Of a stretch of DNA of 64,000 nt, positions 33,854 to 48,895 are shown piece after piece. The stretch comes from Escherichia coli (GTDB lineage Bacteria; Pseudomonadota; Gammaproteobacteria; Enterobacterales; Enterobacteriaceae): assembly GCF_045037415.1 (NCBI RefSeq), contig NZ_CP173438.1; one strand, given 5' to 3'. The notes under the pieces are model-generated. The model was not told the DNA's origin and made no database searches. It was given only the letters and a program-made list of their open reading frames with translations. The position numbers and the translations under genes were made by a program. The number at the start of each line of letters is the position of its first letter. Positions within the stretch are counted from its first letter, which is position 1.

Positions 33854-34581
33854 GTAAGCTGATTGTCCCGCAGTGGCCGCTGCCAAAAGGTGTTGCGGCT
33901 TGTAGCTCTACCCGTATCGGCGGTGTGAGCTTACCCCCGTATGACTCGCTCAACCTCGGTGCCCATTGTGGCGATAACCCGGATCACGTTGGGGAGAATC
34001 GCAAGCGACTTTTTGCTGCGGGCAATTTGCCTTCTAAACCGGTCTGGCTTGAGCAGGTACACGGCAAAGACGTGCTTAAGCTTATTGGCGAACCTTATGC
34101 CTCAAAACGAGCAGATGCCTCTTATAGCAATACGCCTGGCACGGTTTGCGCAGTGATGACTGCCGACTGCCTGCCCGTGCTGTTTTGCAATCGTGCGGGA
34201 ACGGAGGTCGCCGCCGCTCATGCTGGCTGGCGTGGACTGTGCGCAGGCGTGTTGGAAGAGACGGTTTCCTGTTTTGCTGATAATCCGGAAAATATTCTCG
34301 CCTGGTTAGGGCCGGCAATTGGGCCACGTGCGTTCGAAGTGGGGGCGGAGGTTCGCGAGGCGTTTATGGCAGTAGACGCCAAAGCGAGTACAGCTTTCAT
34401 TCAGCATGGTGATAAGTATCTGGCGGATATTTATCAGCTTGCCCGGCAGCGTCTGGCGAGCGTTGGTGTTGAACAAATTTTCGGCGGCGACCGTTGTACA
34501 TATACGGAAAATGAGACTTTCTTCTCTTATCGTCGCGACAAGACCACCGGTCGTATGGCAAGTTTCATTTGGCTGATATAA
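33850..34581 (+). CDS. pgeF: YfiH/PgeF, peptidoglycan editing factor (DUF152, purine nucleoside phosphorylase-like)
   Basis: 243-aa ORF MSKLIVPQWPLPKGVAACSSTRIGGVSLPPYDSLNLGAHCGD...; its start overlaps the rluD stop by 4 nt. Confidence 0.9.
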   Translation: MSKLIVPQWPLPKGVAACSSTRIGGVSLPPYDSLNLGAHCGDNPDHVGENRKRLFAAGNLPSKPVWLEQVHGKDVLKLIGEPYASKRADASYSNTPGTVCAVMTADCLPVLFCNRAGTEVAAAHAGWRGLCAGVLEETVSCFADNPENILAWLGPAIGPRAFEVGAEVREAFMAVDAKASTAFIQHGDKYLADIYQLARQRLASVGVEQIFGGDRCTYTENETFFSYRRDKTTGRMASFIWLI

Positions 34582-34643
34582 CCTAAAGAATCAAGACGAT
34601 CCGGTACGCGTGATTTTCTTTTCACATTAATCTGGTCAATAAC

Positions 34644-34672
34644 CTTGAATAATTGAGGGATGACCTCATTTA
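34644..34672 (+). promoter_or_regulatory. Sigma-32 heat-shock promoter of clpB
   Basis: CTTGAAT at 34644-34650 and ACCTCATTTA at 34663-34672 resemble the sigma-32 -35 and -10 elements, about 40 bp upstream of clpB. Confidence 0.6.
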
Positions 34673-34710
34673 ATCTCCAGTAGCAACTTTGATCCGTTAT
34701 GGGAGGAGTT

Positions 34711-37284
34711 ATGCGTCTGGATCGTCTTACTAATAAATTCCAGCTTGCTCTTGCCGATGCCCAATCACTTGCACTCGGGCACGACAACCAATTCATCGAA
34801 CCACTTCATTTAATGAGCGCCCTGCTGAATCAGGAAGGGGGTTCGGTTAGTCCTTTATTAACATCCGCTGGCATTAATGCTGGCCAGTTGCGCACAGATA
34901 TCAATCAGGCATTAAATCGTTTACCACAGGTTGAAGGTACTGGTGGTGATGTCCAGCCATCACAGGATCTGGTGCGCGTTCTTAATCTTTGCGACAAGCT
35001 GGCGCAAAAACGTGGTGATAACTTTATCTCGTCAGAACTGTTCGTTCTGGCGGCACTTGAGTCTCGCGGCACGCTGGCCGACATCCTGAAAGCAGCAGGG
35101 GCGACCACCGCCAACATTACTCAAGCGATTGAACAAATGCGTGGAGGTGAAAGCGTGAACGATCAAGGTGCTGAAGACCAACGTCAGGCTTTGAAAAAAT
35201 ATACCATCGACCTTACCGAACGAGCCGAACAAGGCAAACTCGATCCGGTGATTGGTCGTGATGAAGAAATTCGCCGTACCATTCAGGTGCTGCAACGTCG
35301 TACTAAAAATAACCCGGTATTGATTGGTGAACCCGGCGTCGGTAAAACTGCCATCGTTGAAGGTCTGGCGCAGCGTATTATCAACGGCGAAGTGCCCGAA
35401 GGGTTGAAAGGCCGCCGCGTACTGGCGCTGGATATGGGCGCGCTGGTGGCTGGGGCGAAATATCGCGGTGAGTTTGAAGAACGTTTAAAAGGCGTACTTA
35501 ACGATCTTGCTAAACAGGAAGGCAACGTCATCCTGTTTATCGACGAATTACATACCATGGTCGGCGCGGGTAAAGCCGATGGCGCAATGGACGCCGGAAA
35601 CATGCTGAAACCAGCGTTGGCGCGTGGTGAATTGCACTGCGTAGGTGCCACGACGCTTGACGAATATCGCCAGTACATCGAAAAAGATGCTGCGCTGGAA
35701 CGTCGTTTCCAGAAAGTGTTTGTTGCCGAGCCTTCTGTTGAAGATACCATTGCTATTCTGCGAGGCCTGAAAGAACGTTACGAGCTGCACCACCATGTGC
35801 AAATTACTGACCCGGCAATTGTTGCAGCAGCGACGTTGTCTCATCGCTACATTGCTGACCGTCAGCTGCCGGATAAAGCCATCGACCTGATCGATGAAGC
35901 AGCATCCAGCATTCGTATGCAGATTGACTCAAAACCAGAAGAACTCGACCGACTCGATCGCCGTATCATCCAGCTCAAACTGGAACAACAGGCGTTAATG
36001 AAAGAGTCTGATGAAGCCAGTAAAAAACGCCTGGATATGCTCAACGAAGAACTGAGCGACAAAGAACGTCAGTACTCCGAGTTAGAAGAAGAGTGGAAAG
36101 CAGAGAAAGCCTCGCTTTCTGGTACGCAGACCATTAAAGCGGAACTGGAACAGGCGAAAATTGCTATTGAACAGGCTCGCCGTGTGGGTGACCTGGCGCG
36201 GATGTCTGAACTGCAATACGGCAAAATCCCGGAACTGGAAAAGCAACTGGAAGCCGCAACGCAGCTCGAAGGCAAAACTATGCGTCTGTTGCGTAATAAA
36301 GTGACCGATGCCGAAATTGCTGAAGTGCTGGCGCGTTGGACGGGGATTCCGGTTTCTCGCATGATGGAAAGCGAGCGCGAAAAACTGCTGCGTATGGAGC
36401 AAGAACTGCACCATCGCGTTATTGGTCAGAACGAAGCGGTTGATGCGGTATCTAACGCTATTCGTCGTAGCCGTGCGGGGCTGGCGGATCCAAATCGCCC
36501 GATTGGTTCATTCCTGTTCCTCGGCCCAACCGGTGTGGGGAAAACTGAGCTTTGTAAGGCGCTAGCGAACTTTATGTTTGATAGCGACGAGGCGATGGTC
36601 CGTATCGATATGTCCGAGTTTATGGAGAAACACTCGGTGTCTCGTCTGGTTGGTGCGCCTCCGGGATATGTCGGTTATGAAGAAGGTGGCTACCTGACCG
36701 AAGCGGTGCGTCGTCGTCCGTATTCCGTCATTCTGCTGGATGAAGTGGAAAAAGCGCATCCGGATGTCTTCAACATTCTGTTGCAGGTACTGGATGATGG
36801 GCGTCTGACTGACGGGCAGGGGAGAACGGTCGACTTCCGTAATACGGTTGTCATTATGACCTCTAACCTCGGTTCCGATTTGATTCAGGAACGCTTCGGT
36901 GAACTGGATTATGCGCACATGAAAGAGCTGGTGCTCGGTGTGGTTAGCCATAACTTCCGTCCGGAATTCATTAACCGTATCGATGAAGTGGTGGTCTTCC
37001 ATCCGCTGGGTGAACAGCACATTGCGTCGATTGCGCAGATTCAGTTGAAACGTCTGTATAAACGTCTGGAAGAACGTGGTTATGAAATCCACATTTCTGA
37101 CGAGGCGCTGAAACTGCTGAGCGAGAACGGTTACGATCCGGTCTATGGCGCACGTCCTCTGAAACGTGCAATTCAGCAGCAGATTGAAAACCCGCTGGCA
37201 CAGCAAATACTGTCTGGTGAATTGGTTCCGGGTAAAGTGATTCGCCTGGAAGTTAATGAAGACCGGATTGTCGCCGTCCAGTAA
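34711..37284 (+). CDS. clpB: ClpB, AAA+ disaggregase chaperone (Hsp104 family)
   Basis: Start at [39 protein letters not shown]..., 857 aa, with two AAA+ modules (GEPGVGKT and GPTGVGKT Walker A motifs). Confidence 0.97.
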
Positions 37285-37289
37285 ATGAT

Positions 37290-37318
37290 AAAACGAGCCC
37301 TTCGGGGCTCGTTTTTGT
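37290..37318 (+). terminator. clpB rho-independent terminator
   Basis: AAACGAGCCC-TTCG-GGGCTCGTTT hairpin followed by TTGTCT. Confidence 0.7.
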
Positions 37319-37399
37319 CTATAAGTTAGACGGAAAAGACTATATTTAAGATGTTTTGCCTGAAAAATGAGCGAACGATAAAGTTTTTATATTTTTCGC

Positions 37400-37427
37400 T
37401 TGTCAGGCCGGAATAACTCCCTATAAT
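37400..37427 (+). promoter_or_regulatory. rRNA operon promoter P1
   Basis: TTGTCA -35 (37400-37405) and TATAAT -10 (37422-37427) with 16 bp spacing, GC-rich discriminator after the -10, AT-rich UP-like sequence upstream. Confidence 0.8.
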
Positions 37428-37518
37428 GCGCCACCACTGACACGGAACAACGGCAAACACGCCGCCGGGTGAGCGGGGTTCTCCTGAGAATTCCGGCAGA
37501 GAAAGCAAAAATAAATGC

Positions 37519-37546
37519 TTGACTCTGTAGCGGGAAAGCGTATTAT
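37519..37546 (+). promoter_or_regulatory. rRNA operon promoter P2
   Basis: TTGACT -35 (37519-37524) and TATTAT -10 (37541-37546), followed by a GC-rich discriminator. Confidence 0.75.
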
Positions 37547-37727
37547 GCACACCCCGCGCCGCTGAGAAAAAGCGAAGCGGCACTGCTCTTTAACAATTTA
37601 TCAGACAATCTGTGTGGGCACTCGAAGATACGGATTCTTAACGTCGCAAGACGAAAAATGAATACCAAGTCTCAAGAGTGAACACGTAATTCATTACGAA
37701 GTTTAATTCTTTGAGCATCAAACTTTT

Positions 37728-39269
<1,542 letters not shown>

Positions 39270-39354
39270 CCTTAAAGAAGCGTACTTTGCAGTGCTCACA
39301 CAGATTGTCTGATAGAAAGTGAAAAGCAAGGCGTCTTGCGAAGCAGACTGATAC

Positions 39355-39430
39355 GTCCCCTTCGTCTAGAGGCCCAGGACACCGCCCTTTCACGGCGGTA
39401 ACAGGGGTTCGAATCCCCTAGGGGACGCCA
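39355..39430 (+). tRNA. gltW: tRNA-Glu (UUC) in the 16S-23S spacer
   Basis: GTCCCCTTCGTCTAGAGGCCCAGGACACCGCCCTTTCACGGCGGTAACAGGGGTTCGAATCCCCTAGGGGACGCCA, 76 nt with encoded CCA. Confidence 0.95.
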
Positions 39431-39623
39431 CTTGCTGGTTTGTGAGTGAAAGTCACCTGCCTTAATATCTCAAAACTCATCTTCGGGTGATGTTTGAGAT
39501 ATTTGCTCTTTAAAAATCTGGATCAAGCTGAAAATTGAAACACTGAACAACGAGAGTTGTTCGTGAGTCTCTCAAATTTTCGCAACACGATGATGAATCG
39601 CAAGAAACATCTTCGGGTTGTGA

Positions 39624-42527
<2,904 letters not shown>

Positions 42528-42627
42528 ACAACGCCGAAGATGTTTTGGCGGAAGAGACATCGATAAGTAAGCTTGATAGCAGATTAAATCGACAGGTCAT
42601 AACGGGACGTGTTGATAAAACAGAATT

Positions 42628-42747
42628 TGCCTGGCGGCCGTAGCGCGGTGGTCCCACCTGACCCCATGCCGAACTCAGAAGTGAAACGCCGTAGCGCCGA
42701 TGGTAGTGTGGGGTCTCCCCATGCGAGAGTAGGGAACTGCCAGGCAT
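42628..42747 (+). rRNA. rrfG: 5S ribosomal RNA
   Basis: TGCCTGGCGGCCGTAGCGCGGTGGTCCCACCTGACCCCATGCCGAACTCAGAAG...GGGAACTGCCAGGCAT; 120 nt. Confidence 0.97.
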
Positions 42748-42758
42748 CAAATTAAGCG

Positions 42759-42790
42759 AAAGGCCCAGTCGGAAGACTGGGCCTTTTTGC
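42759..42790 (+). terminator. rRNA operon terminator
   Basis: AGGCCCAGTC-GGAA-GACTGGGCCT hairpin followed by TTTTTG, directly after the 5S gene. Confidence 0.8.
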
Positions 42791-43070
42791 ATATGTGCGG
42801 AATAAATGCCGGATGCGACGCTGGCGCGTCTTATACTCCCACATAAGCCAGATTCAACAGCGAATACGTCTTCCCCAAATTGCCCACTTCCATACTTCCT
42901 CCTTACCAGAAATCTATCCTTAAGCTCCTTAATAACCATTTTCCTGCTAACTAAATTCATGGTTAAGGTTGTATAATGATGCGCAACAAATGTATAACAT
43001 TTTCTTTACCAAAAAAAATAAACAAAAGCGACCGACAAAAGCATCGGATTACGGCAGGAGACATAATGGC

Positions 43071-44369
43071 ATGGCTGAAAGTACTGTAACGGCAGACAGC
43101 AAACTGACAAGTAGTGATACTCGTCGCCGCATTTGGGCAATTGTTGGGGCCTCTTCAGGTAATCTGGTCGAGTGGTTCGATTTCTATGTCTACTCGTTCT
43201 GTTCACTCTACTTCGCCCACATCTTCTTCCCTTCCGGGAACACGACGACTCAACTACTGCAAACAGCAGGTGTTTTTGCTGCAGGATTTCTGATGCGCCC
43301 AATAGGCGGTTGGCTGTTTGGCCGCATAGCCGATAAACATGGTCGCAAAAAATCGATGCTGTTATCGGTGTGTATGATGTGTTTCGGCTCACTGGTTATC
43401 GCCTGTTTGCCAGGCTACGAAACAATCGGTACCTGGGCTCCGGCATTATTGCTTCTCGCGCGTTTATTCCAGGGATTATCCGTTGGCGGAGAATATGGCA
43501 CCAGCGCCACCTATATGAGTGAAGTTGCCGTTGAAGGGCGCAAAGGTTTTTACGCATCATTTCAGTATGTGACGTTGATCGGCGGGCAACTGCTAGCTCT
43601 ACTGGTTGTCGTGGTTTTACAACACACCATGGAAGACGCTGTACTCAGAGAGTGGGGATGGCGTATTCCTTTCGCGTTAGGAGCTGTGTTAGCTGTTGTG
43701 GCGTTGCGGTTACGTCGTCAGTTAGATGAAACTTCACAACAAGAAACACGCGCTTTAAAAGAAGCTGGATCTCTGAAAGGATTATGGCGCAATCGCCGTG
43801 CATTCATCATGGTTCTCGGTTTTACCGCTGCGGGCTCCCTTTGTTTCTATACCTTCACCACTTATATGCAGAAGTATCTGGTAAATACTGCGGGAATGCA
43901 TGCCAACGTGGCGAGTGGCATTATGACTGCCGCATTGTTTGTATTCATGCTTATTCAACCAATTATTGGCGCGCTGTCGGATAAGATTGGTCGCCGTACC
44001 TCAATGTTATGTTTCGGTTCTCTGGCAACCATTTTTACCGTTCCTATTCTCTCAGCATTGCAGAACGTTTCCTCGCCTTATGCCGCTTTTGGTCTGGTGA
44101 TGTGCGCCCTGCTGATAGTGAGTTTTTATACTTCAATCAGTGGAATACTGAAGGCTGAGATGTTCCCGGCACAGGTTCGCGCATTAGGCGTTGGTCTGTC
44201 ATATGCGTTCGCCAATGCTATATTTGGTGGGTCGGCGGAGTACGTAGCGTTGTCGCTGAAATCAATAGGAATGGAAACAGCCTTCTTCTGGTATGTGACC
44301 TTGATGGCCGTGGTGGCGTTTCTGGTTTCACTAACATTGCACCGTAAAGGAAAAGGGATGCGGCTTTAG
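43071..44369 (+). CDS. kgtP: KgtP, alpha-ketoglutarate:proton symporter (MFS)
   Basis: Start at [41 protein letters not shown]..., preceded by an AGGAG Shine-Dalgarno; 432 aa. Confidence 0.95.
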   Translation: MAESTVTADSKLTSSDTRRRIWAIVGASSGNLVEWFDFYVYSFCSLYFAHIFFPSGNTTTQLLQTAGVFAAGFLMRPIGGWLFGRIADKHGRKKSMLLSVCMMCFGSLVIACLPGYETIGTWAPALLLLARLFQGLSVGGEYGTSATYMSEVAVEGRKGFYASFQYVTLIGGQLLALLVVVVLQHTMEDAVLREWGWRIPFALGAVLAVVALRLRRQLDETSQQETRALKEAGSLKGLWRNRRAFIMVLGFTAAGSLCFYTFTTYMQKYLVNTAGMHANVASGIMTAALFVFMLIQPIIGALSDKIGRRTSMLCFGSLATIFTVPILSALQNVSSPYAAFGLVMCALLIVSFYTSISGILKAEMFPAQVRALGVGLSYAFANAIFGGSAEYVALSLKSIGMETAFFWYVTLMAVVAFLVSLTLHRKGKGMRL

Positions 44370-44710
44370 TGACGGGTCAGTTGCCAGACGGTATAGCCGG
44401 TGCTTGCACCGGCGATATCCCAGGCAAAATCCTTCCAGCTCCAGCCGCTCCCCTCAGGGCGGCTATCCCAAAGCTCTTTTGACGCCCCCAGACTGACAGA
44501 GAACATCAATCCAAACATGGCACTGCGATCCCGGCTCATCCCCTGATGCTGTGAATATTCATTTCCGGCGGCGGAAAGCATCGCCGAGGCGATAAAGTGT
44601 TGAGCTTTATCCTGCCCGCTCCAGTTATCGTTAGCCATATGGCTGCATCCAGAAAGTAACAATAGCGAACAGACAAAAAGAATACGCAAAACGTGGCCTC
44701 CAAAAAACAA
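44366..44710 (-). CDS. yfiM: YfiM, DUF2279-family lipoprotein
   Basis: ORF with a lipobox (LLLSGCSHM); the start is uncertain, and the true protein may be a few residues shorter than the 114-aa track ORF. Confidence 0.8.
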   Translation of the reverse strand: MFFGGHVLRILFVCSLLLLSGCSHMANDNWSGQDKAQHFIASAMLSAAGNEYSQHQGMSRDRSAMFGLMFSVSLGASKELWDSRPEGSGWSWKDFAWDIAGASTGYTVWQLTRH

Positions 44711-44734
44711 ACCCCGTACAGGACGGGGTTGTGA

Positions 44735-46090
44735 TTACAGGATGCGGCTAATTAATCGGTCGATGCGGATACGGCGCAAACGGCGGATGAGTTTACGAAC
44801 CTTCACCGGATAATCGGCAATACTTTGCAGATCGCGGTAGTGCTTAACGATGGTGGTATGCTCGCGGATCAGATCCAGTTCTTTCTCTCGCTGTGGCGCA
44901 AGCTCCAGTTGCGGATCGTGGATCAAAATGGCGTTTTCCAGATCCAGACGCCAGGCGCGCGGGTTCAGGTTATTACCGGTGATCAAAATCCACTTATCAT
45001 CAACCCACATCCCTTTCAGGTGATAGGTGTTGTCGTCATCTTTCCATAACCGAACTACTAACTGGTCAGTGTTGACGTAATACTGTAAACGACTCAGGAA
45101 ACGACGCAGATTGATCTCATAGAGATAAGGCAATGCGCCAATTATCTTGAAAGGTTCATCTTCCGGAATGTAGAAGTCATTCGCGGTTTTATCACCAACA
45201 ATAATTTCGACCTTTTTCCCTTCGCGCAGCAACTGGATAATATTGCGCACAAGGATTGCTGGTAGGTTGAAGTAAGGTGTGCAGATGGTTAGTTTCTGCT
45301 CGGCACAAGGCATAAGATGGAAAATAGTCTTGTTCAACAGACTCGATTTCCCCAGCCCCACTAGCGGCGTTACGGAAAGCTGATCGTTGTCGGCATCGCC
45401 CTGGAAATGATAAGCGGCATCACGCAGCTCCTGGCGGAACAGGCGAATGTCGTTCTTGATTTCCGGGCTTTTTGGCCGATTAACATCATCCAGACGATTA
45501 ACGCCGCGGCCATTCATAATATTCTGTGTAACCCATTCAAACATAATGTCTGACATCTTACGGTTACGGATCAGATGATAACGGTCGTAGCGATATTTAT
45601 CGTGCTGATGCAGGTAAACATCGTTCAGGCTGGCACCGCTATAAAGTACGCTATCGTCGATGATAAAGCCTTTAAAGTGCAGAACACCAAGGGCTTCACG
45701 GGTATTGATTGGAACGCCATAAACCGGAACATTTACGCCCGGATTTTCCTGCGCCATGCGGCAGTACCAGTCAGCGTTAGTGTTAGATGCCGCAGCGCCA
45801 ATGCGTCCACGTTGTGCACGATGCCAGTCGACCAGCACCCGCACATCCAGTTCCGGACGCTGCCTTTTAGCCTCATACAACGCGTTCAGAATGCCTTTGC
45901 CACCGTCATCCTGTTCGAGATACAGGGCAACAATGCAAATGCGCTGCTTCGCGCTGGCTATTTTTTCCAGCAACGTCTCCCGGAAGTCGGCGGGAGCGTA
46001 AAAGAAATCGACATCATCAACTGATTGAGAAATCTTGGGTAGTTGGGCAAGGTGTTGTTGATGTTTATTACGCTTAAATTTTGACAACAT
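44735..46090 (-). CDS. pssA: PssA, CDP-diacylglycerol-serine O-phosphatidyltransferase
   Basis: Start at MLSKFKRNKHQQHLAQLPKISQSVDDVDFFYAPADFRE..., 451 aa; phospholipase D-like superfamily. Confidence 0.95.
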   Translation of the reverse strand: MLSKFKRNKHQQHLAQLPKISQSVDDVDFFYAPADFRETLLEKIASAKQRICIVALYLEQDDGGKGILNALYEAKRQRPELDVRVLVDWHRAQRGRIGAAASNTNADWYCRMAQENPGVNVPVYGVPINTREALGVLHFKGFIIDDSVLYSGASLNDVYLHQHDKYRYDRYHLIRNRKMSDIMFEWVTQNIMNGRGVNRLDDVNRPKSPEIKNDIRLFRQELRDAAYHFQGDADNDQLSVTPLVGLGKSSLLNKTIFHLMPCAEQKLTICTPYFNLPAILVRNIIQLLREGKKVEIIVGDKTANDFYIPEDEPFKIIGALPYLYEINLRRFLSRLQYYVNTDQLVVRLWKDDDNTYHLKGMWVDDKWILITGNNLNPRAWRLDLENAILIHDPQLELAPQREKELDLIREHTTIVKHYRDLQSIADYPVKVRKLIRRLRRIRIDRLISRIL

Positions 46091-46203
46091 CACAGTGCAT
46101 TTCTTCTCTGTTCATTGAAGGGTCCTCTGTGCAATGCAGACGACATAAGCGGGCAATAATAACACCAGTCCCGATTAAGTGGTCAACATTTCCAGTACCT
46201 TAC

Positions 46204-48864
46204 TCATGATTCCTCGCGCTGGGCAAGACTTAGCGTAAGCCCAACGATCCCCTCTTCGAGCTGGATATCAACGTTAAACCCGAGCTTGCGGGCCAGCGCC
46301 ACCATGCCACGATTGTTTGGCATCGTAATACCATTCAGACGTTGTAGTCCGTGATCTCGCGTATAGGTAATCAACTTTTCCATTAAGCGTCGACCTAAGC
46401 CTAACCCTTTAAGATCCGAGCGAACCAGTACGGCAAATTCGGCATCGATGTTATCAGGGTCGGAGATCGCACGTGTGACGCCGAGGATCTCTTCCGTTTG
46501 ATCAATTCGTCGTACCGCTACAAATGCCATTTCCCGATCGTAGTCGATCTGCGTCATGTTGGCTAAATCTTCATGGGTAAATTCGTTGATCTCGCTAAAG
46601 TAGCGGTAATAAAGATCTTCTTTGGTGACTCGCGAAATGAATTGCTGAAGCTGTGGCTCATCTTCTGGCAAAATCGGGCGGAACAAGCAGCGTTCACCGT
46701 TTTTCAATTCTACCCATTCTTCCAGCTGATGCGGATAAGGGCGCACAGCCAGTCGGCTCTCGTTATCACCTTCAAACGGCGCGATATCCAGCGTGACATC
46801 CAGCGCGGTAAATTCACTGCCAGAAGCCAGCAAAGGATGAATATCCAGACGCTGAATTTCCGGGCAATCGACAATCAAGTTGGAAACCTGCACCAGAAGC
46901 TGGCTCAAGCCTGCAACATCCAATGGGCGTAGCGCACTGCGCGCACGAATCTTTTTACTTTTGATCCCCTGAATAACCAGATAGCGGGCCAGGTTCATGT
47001 TCAGCGGCGGCAGTGCGACGACGGCTTGATCTTCAGGACGCCACTCCACACCGCCTTCACCCAGCATGATCAACGGCCCGAAAACCGGATCGTGCTCAAC
47101 CACAACCCGCAACTCCTGAGCGCCAGCACGGTTAGCCATACTTTGCACCAACAGGCCGTGGACCCGCGCCTGCGGCCAGGCCATTTTTACGCGATCGAAA
47201 ATAGCGTTTGCCGCTTGCTGGACTTCATTGGCTGTACGTAGGTAGAGCATGACGCCCTGAACTTCCGATTTATGTGGAATATCCGGCGAGCGCAATTTCA
47301 GTGCCACCGGATAGCCAATCTGTTCGGCAATATGTACCGCTTCGGTGCTATCACTGGCAATCCAGGTAGGGAGAGTATTCATACCATACGCTTGCAGGAT
47401 GGGCTGAACTTCATGGGTATCGAGCGACGTAGCCCCTTCGGCAATCGCCTGTTGCAACAGAAGATGCGCTTCTGCGGTATTGGAAGTCAGATTGCTGGGC
47501 AACGCCGGCGTTTCGCGTAGTTGCTTCTGATTACGCCGGTACTCGACCATATGCATAAAAGCAGTGATGGTTCCTTCCGGAGTACGGTAGGTCGGCAGCC
47601 CGGCTTCGCTGAATAAACGTCGTGCCTCTTGCGAGGAGTGCTCGCCGCACCAGTTCGTCAGCAAAGAGACATATTTGCTGCGGGGATGATGCTTTACCGC
47701 TTCAATTAATACTTGCGCGCTTTCTGTTGCGGGAGCAGCGGCGCTGGGCGAATGAATAACCATCAGCGCATCAAAATCCTGGCTGTGGAGCAGAATGTCC
47801 AGCGTTTTGACATAATGCTCGCTGCTGGCGTCATCGCGCAGATCGAGCGGGTTAGAGATTGCCACATGCCCTGGCAGTGCATCGCGCAGTTTCTGGCAGG
47901 TTTCTTCGCTTAGCGTTGCCAGCTTGCCATTGCGTGACCATAAGGCATCCAGCGCCAGCGCGGCAGGCGCAGCACCGTTGCTGATAATCATCAACCGGTC
48001 GCCACGCAGCGGGCGCATATGGCTAAGGGTTTCCACCGCCGAAAACAGTTCGTGGGTGTCCTGTACCCGCAACAAACCGGCACGCTGAATAGCTGCATCC
48101 CACGCCGGATCCATTCCTGCCGTGGTGTTCAACAGACGTTGAGCCGCCGGGCTACGTCCGCTTTTAATCACCAAAATCGGTTTATTGCGCGAGGCACTAC
48201 GGGCTGCCGAAACAAAGCGTCGCGCGTCGCTTAACTGTTCGAGATAGAGCAGGATGGCGCTGGTTTTACTGTCGCGCGCCAGATAGTCGAGCAATTCATC
48301 AACGTCGATATCCAGGCTGTCGCCGAGCGCAATAAAGTAGGAAAAGCCCATCTCACGCTGTTGCGCCCAGTCGAGGATGGTGTTGGAGACAGCAGCCGAT
48401 TGCGAAATAAACGCCAGCTTGCCGCGTTTAATCGGCACAGGCGAAAAGCTGGCATTCAGACCTTGCCAGGGAGCCAGTAAGCCCAGACTGTTTGGTCCTA
48501 GCAGGCGCATGTTATGGCGCAGGGCGCAGGCGCGGAGATCTTCGTGTTGCGATGCCGGGGCGGAAAGAATAATGCAGGTTTTACAGCCTTTCTCGCCGAG
48601 CTCTTCCAGAAGAGCAAGATTACGGCTGGCATTGGTACATAAAACCGCAAGGTCGGGTGTAAAGGGCAAGTTGGCAATATCCGGCCAGGCCAACACACCC
48701 AACACCGCTTTCCAGGCTGGCGTCACCGGGAGTACCGGTCCGTTAAAGCCTCCCGCCAGCAGGTTACGCATCATCAGGTAACCTGCGCGATTGGGTTTCA
48801 TCGATGCGCCAATTACCGCAATCGATTTTGGTCGCAGTAGTGCTTCCAGTCCTCGCTGACTCAT
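46204..48864 (-). CDS. patZ: PatZ (YfiQ/Pka), protein lysine acetyltransferase with acyl-CoA synthetase (NDP-forming)-like and GNAT domains
   Basis: 886-aa ORF MSQRGLEALLRPKSIAVIGASMKPNRAGYLMMRNLLAGGF... with a C-terminal GNAT region. Confidence 0.95.
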   Translation of the reverse strand: MSQRGLEALLRPKSIAVIGASMKPNRAGYLMMRNLLAGGFNGPVLPVTPAWKAVLGVLAWPDIANLPFTPDLAVLCTNASRNLALLEELGEKGCKTCIILSAPASQHEDLRACALRHNMRLLGPNSLGLLAPWQGLNASFSPVPIKRGKLAFISQSAAVSNTILDWAQQREMGFSYFIALGDSLDIDVDELLDYLARDSKTSAILLYLEQLSDARRFVSAARSASRNKPILVIKSGRSPAAQRLLNTTAGMDPAWDAAIQRAGLLRVQDTHELFSAVETLSHMRPLRGDRLMIISNGAAPAALALDALWSRNGKLATLSEETCQKLRDALPGHVAISNPLDLRDDASSEHYVKTLDILLHSQDFDALMVIHSPSAAAPATESAQVLIEAVKHHPRSKYVSLLTNWCGEHSSQEARRLFSEAGLPTYRTPEGTITAFMHMVEYRRNQKQLRETPALPSNLTSNTAEAHLLLQQAIAEGATSLDTHEVQPILQAYGMNTLPTWIASDSTEAVHIAEQIGYPVALKLRSPDIPHKSEVQGVMLYLRTANEVQQAANAIFDRVKMAWPQARVHGLLVQSMANRAGAQELRVVVEHDPVFGPLIMLGEGGVEWRPEDQAVVALPPLNMNLARYLVIQGIKSKKIRARSALRPLDVAGLSQLLVQVSNLIVDCPEIQRLDIHPLLASGSEFTALDVTLDIAPFEGDNESRLAVRPYPHQLEEWVELKNGERCLFRPILPEDEPQLQQFISRVTKEDLYYRYFSEINEFTHEDLANMTQIDYDREMAFVAVRRIDQTEEILGVTRAISDPDNIDAEFAVLVRSDLKGLGLGRRLMEKLITYTRDHGLQRLNGITMPNNRGMVALARKLGFNVDIQLEEGIVGLTLSLAQREES

Positions 48865-48895
48865 ACCGGTCTCCCGCAGAAGTGACCGAATGATT

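Noticed and set aside
35283-37206. Antisense ORFs inside clpB (155 aa at 35283..35750, 110 aa at 36082..36414, 214 aa at 36562..37206)
   Set aside because: They lie entirely within the conserved clpB coding sequence on the opposite strand, have no obvious ribosome-binding site and look like shadow ORFs of a GC-rich gene.
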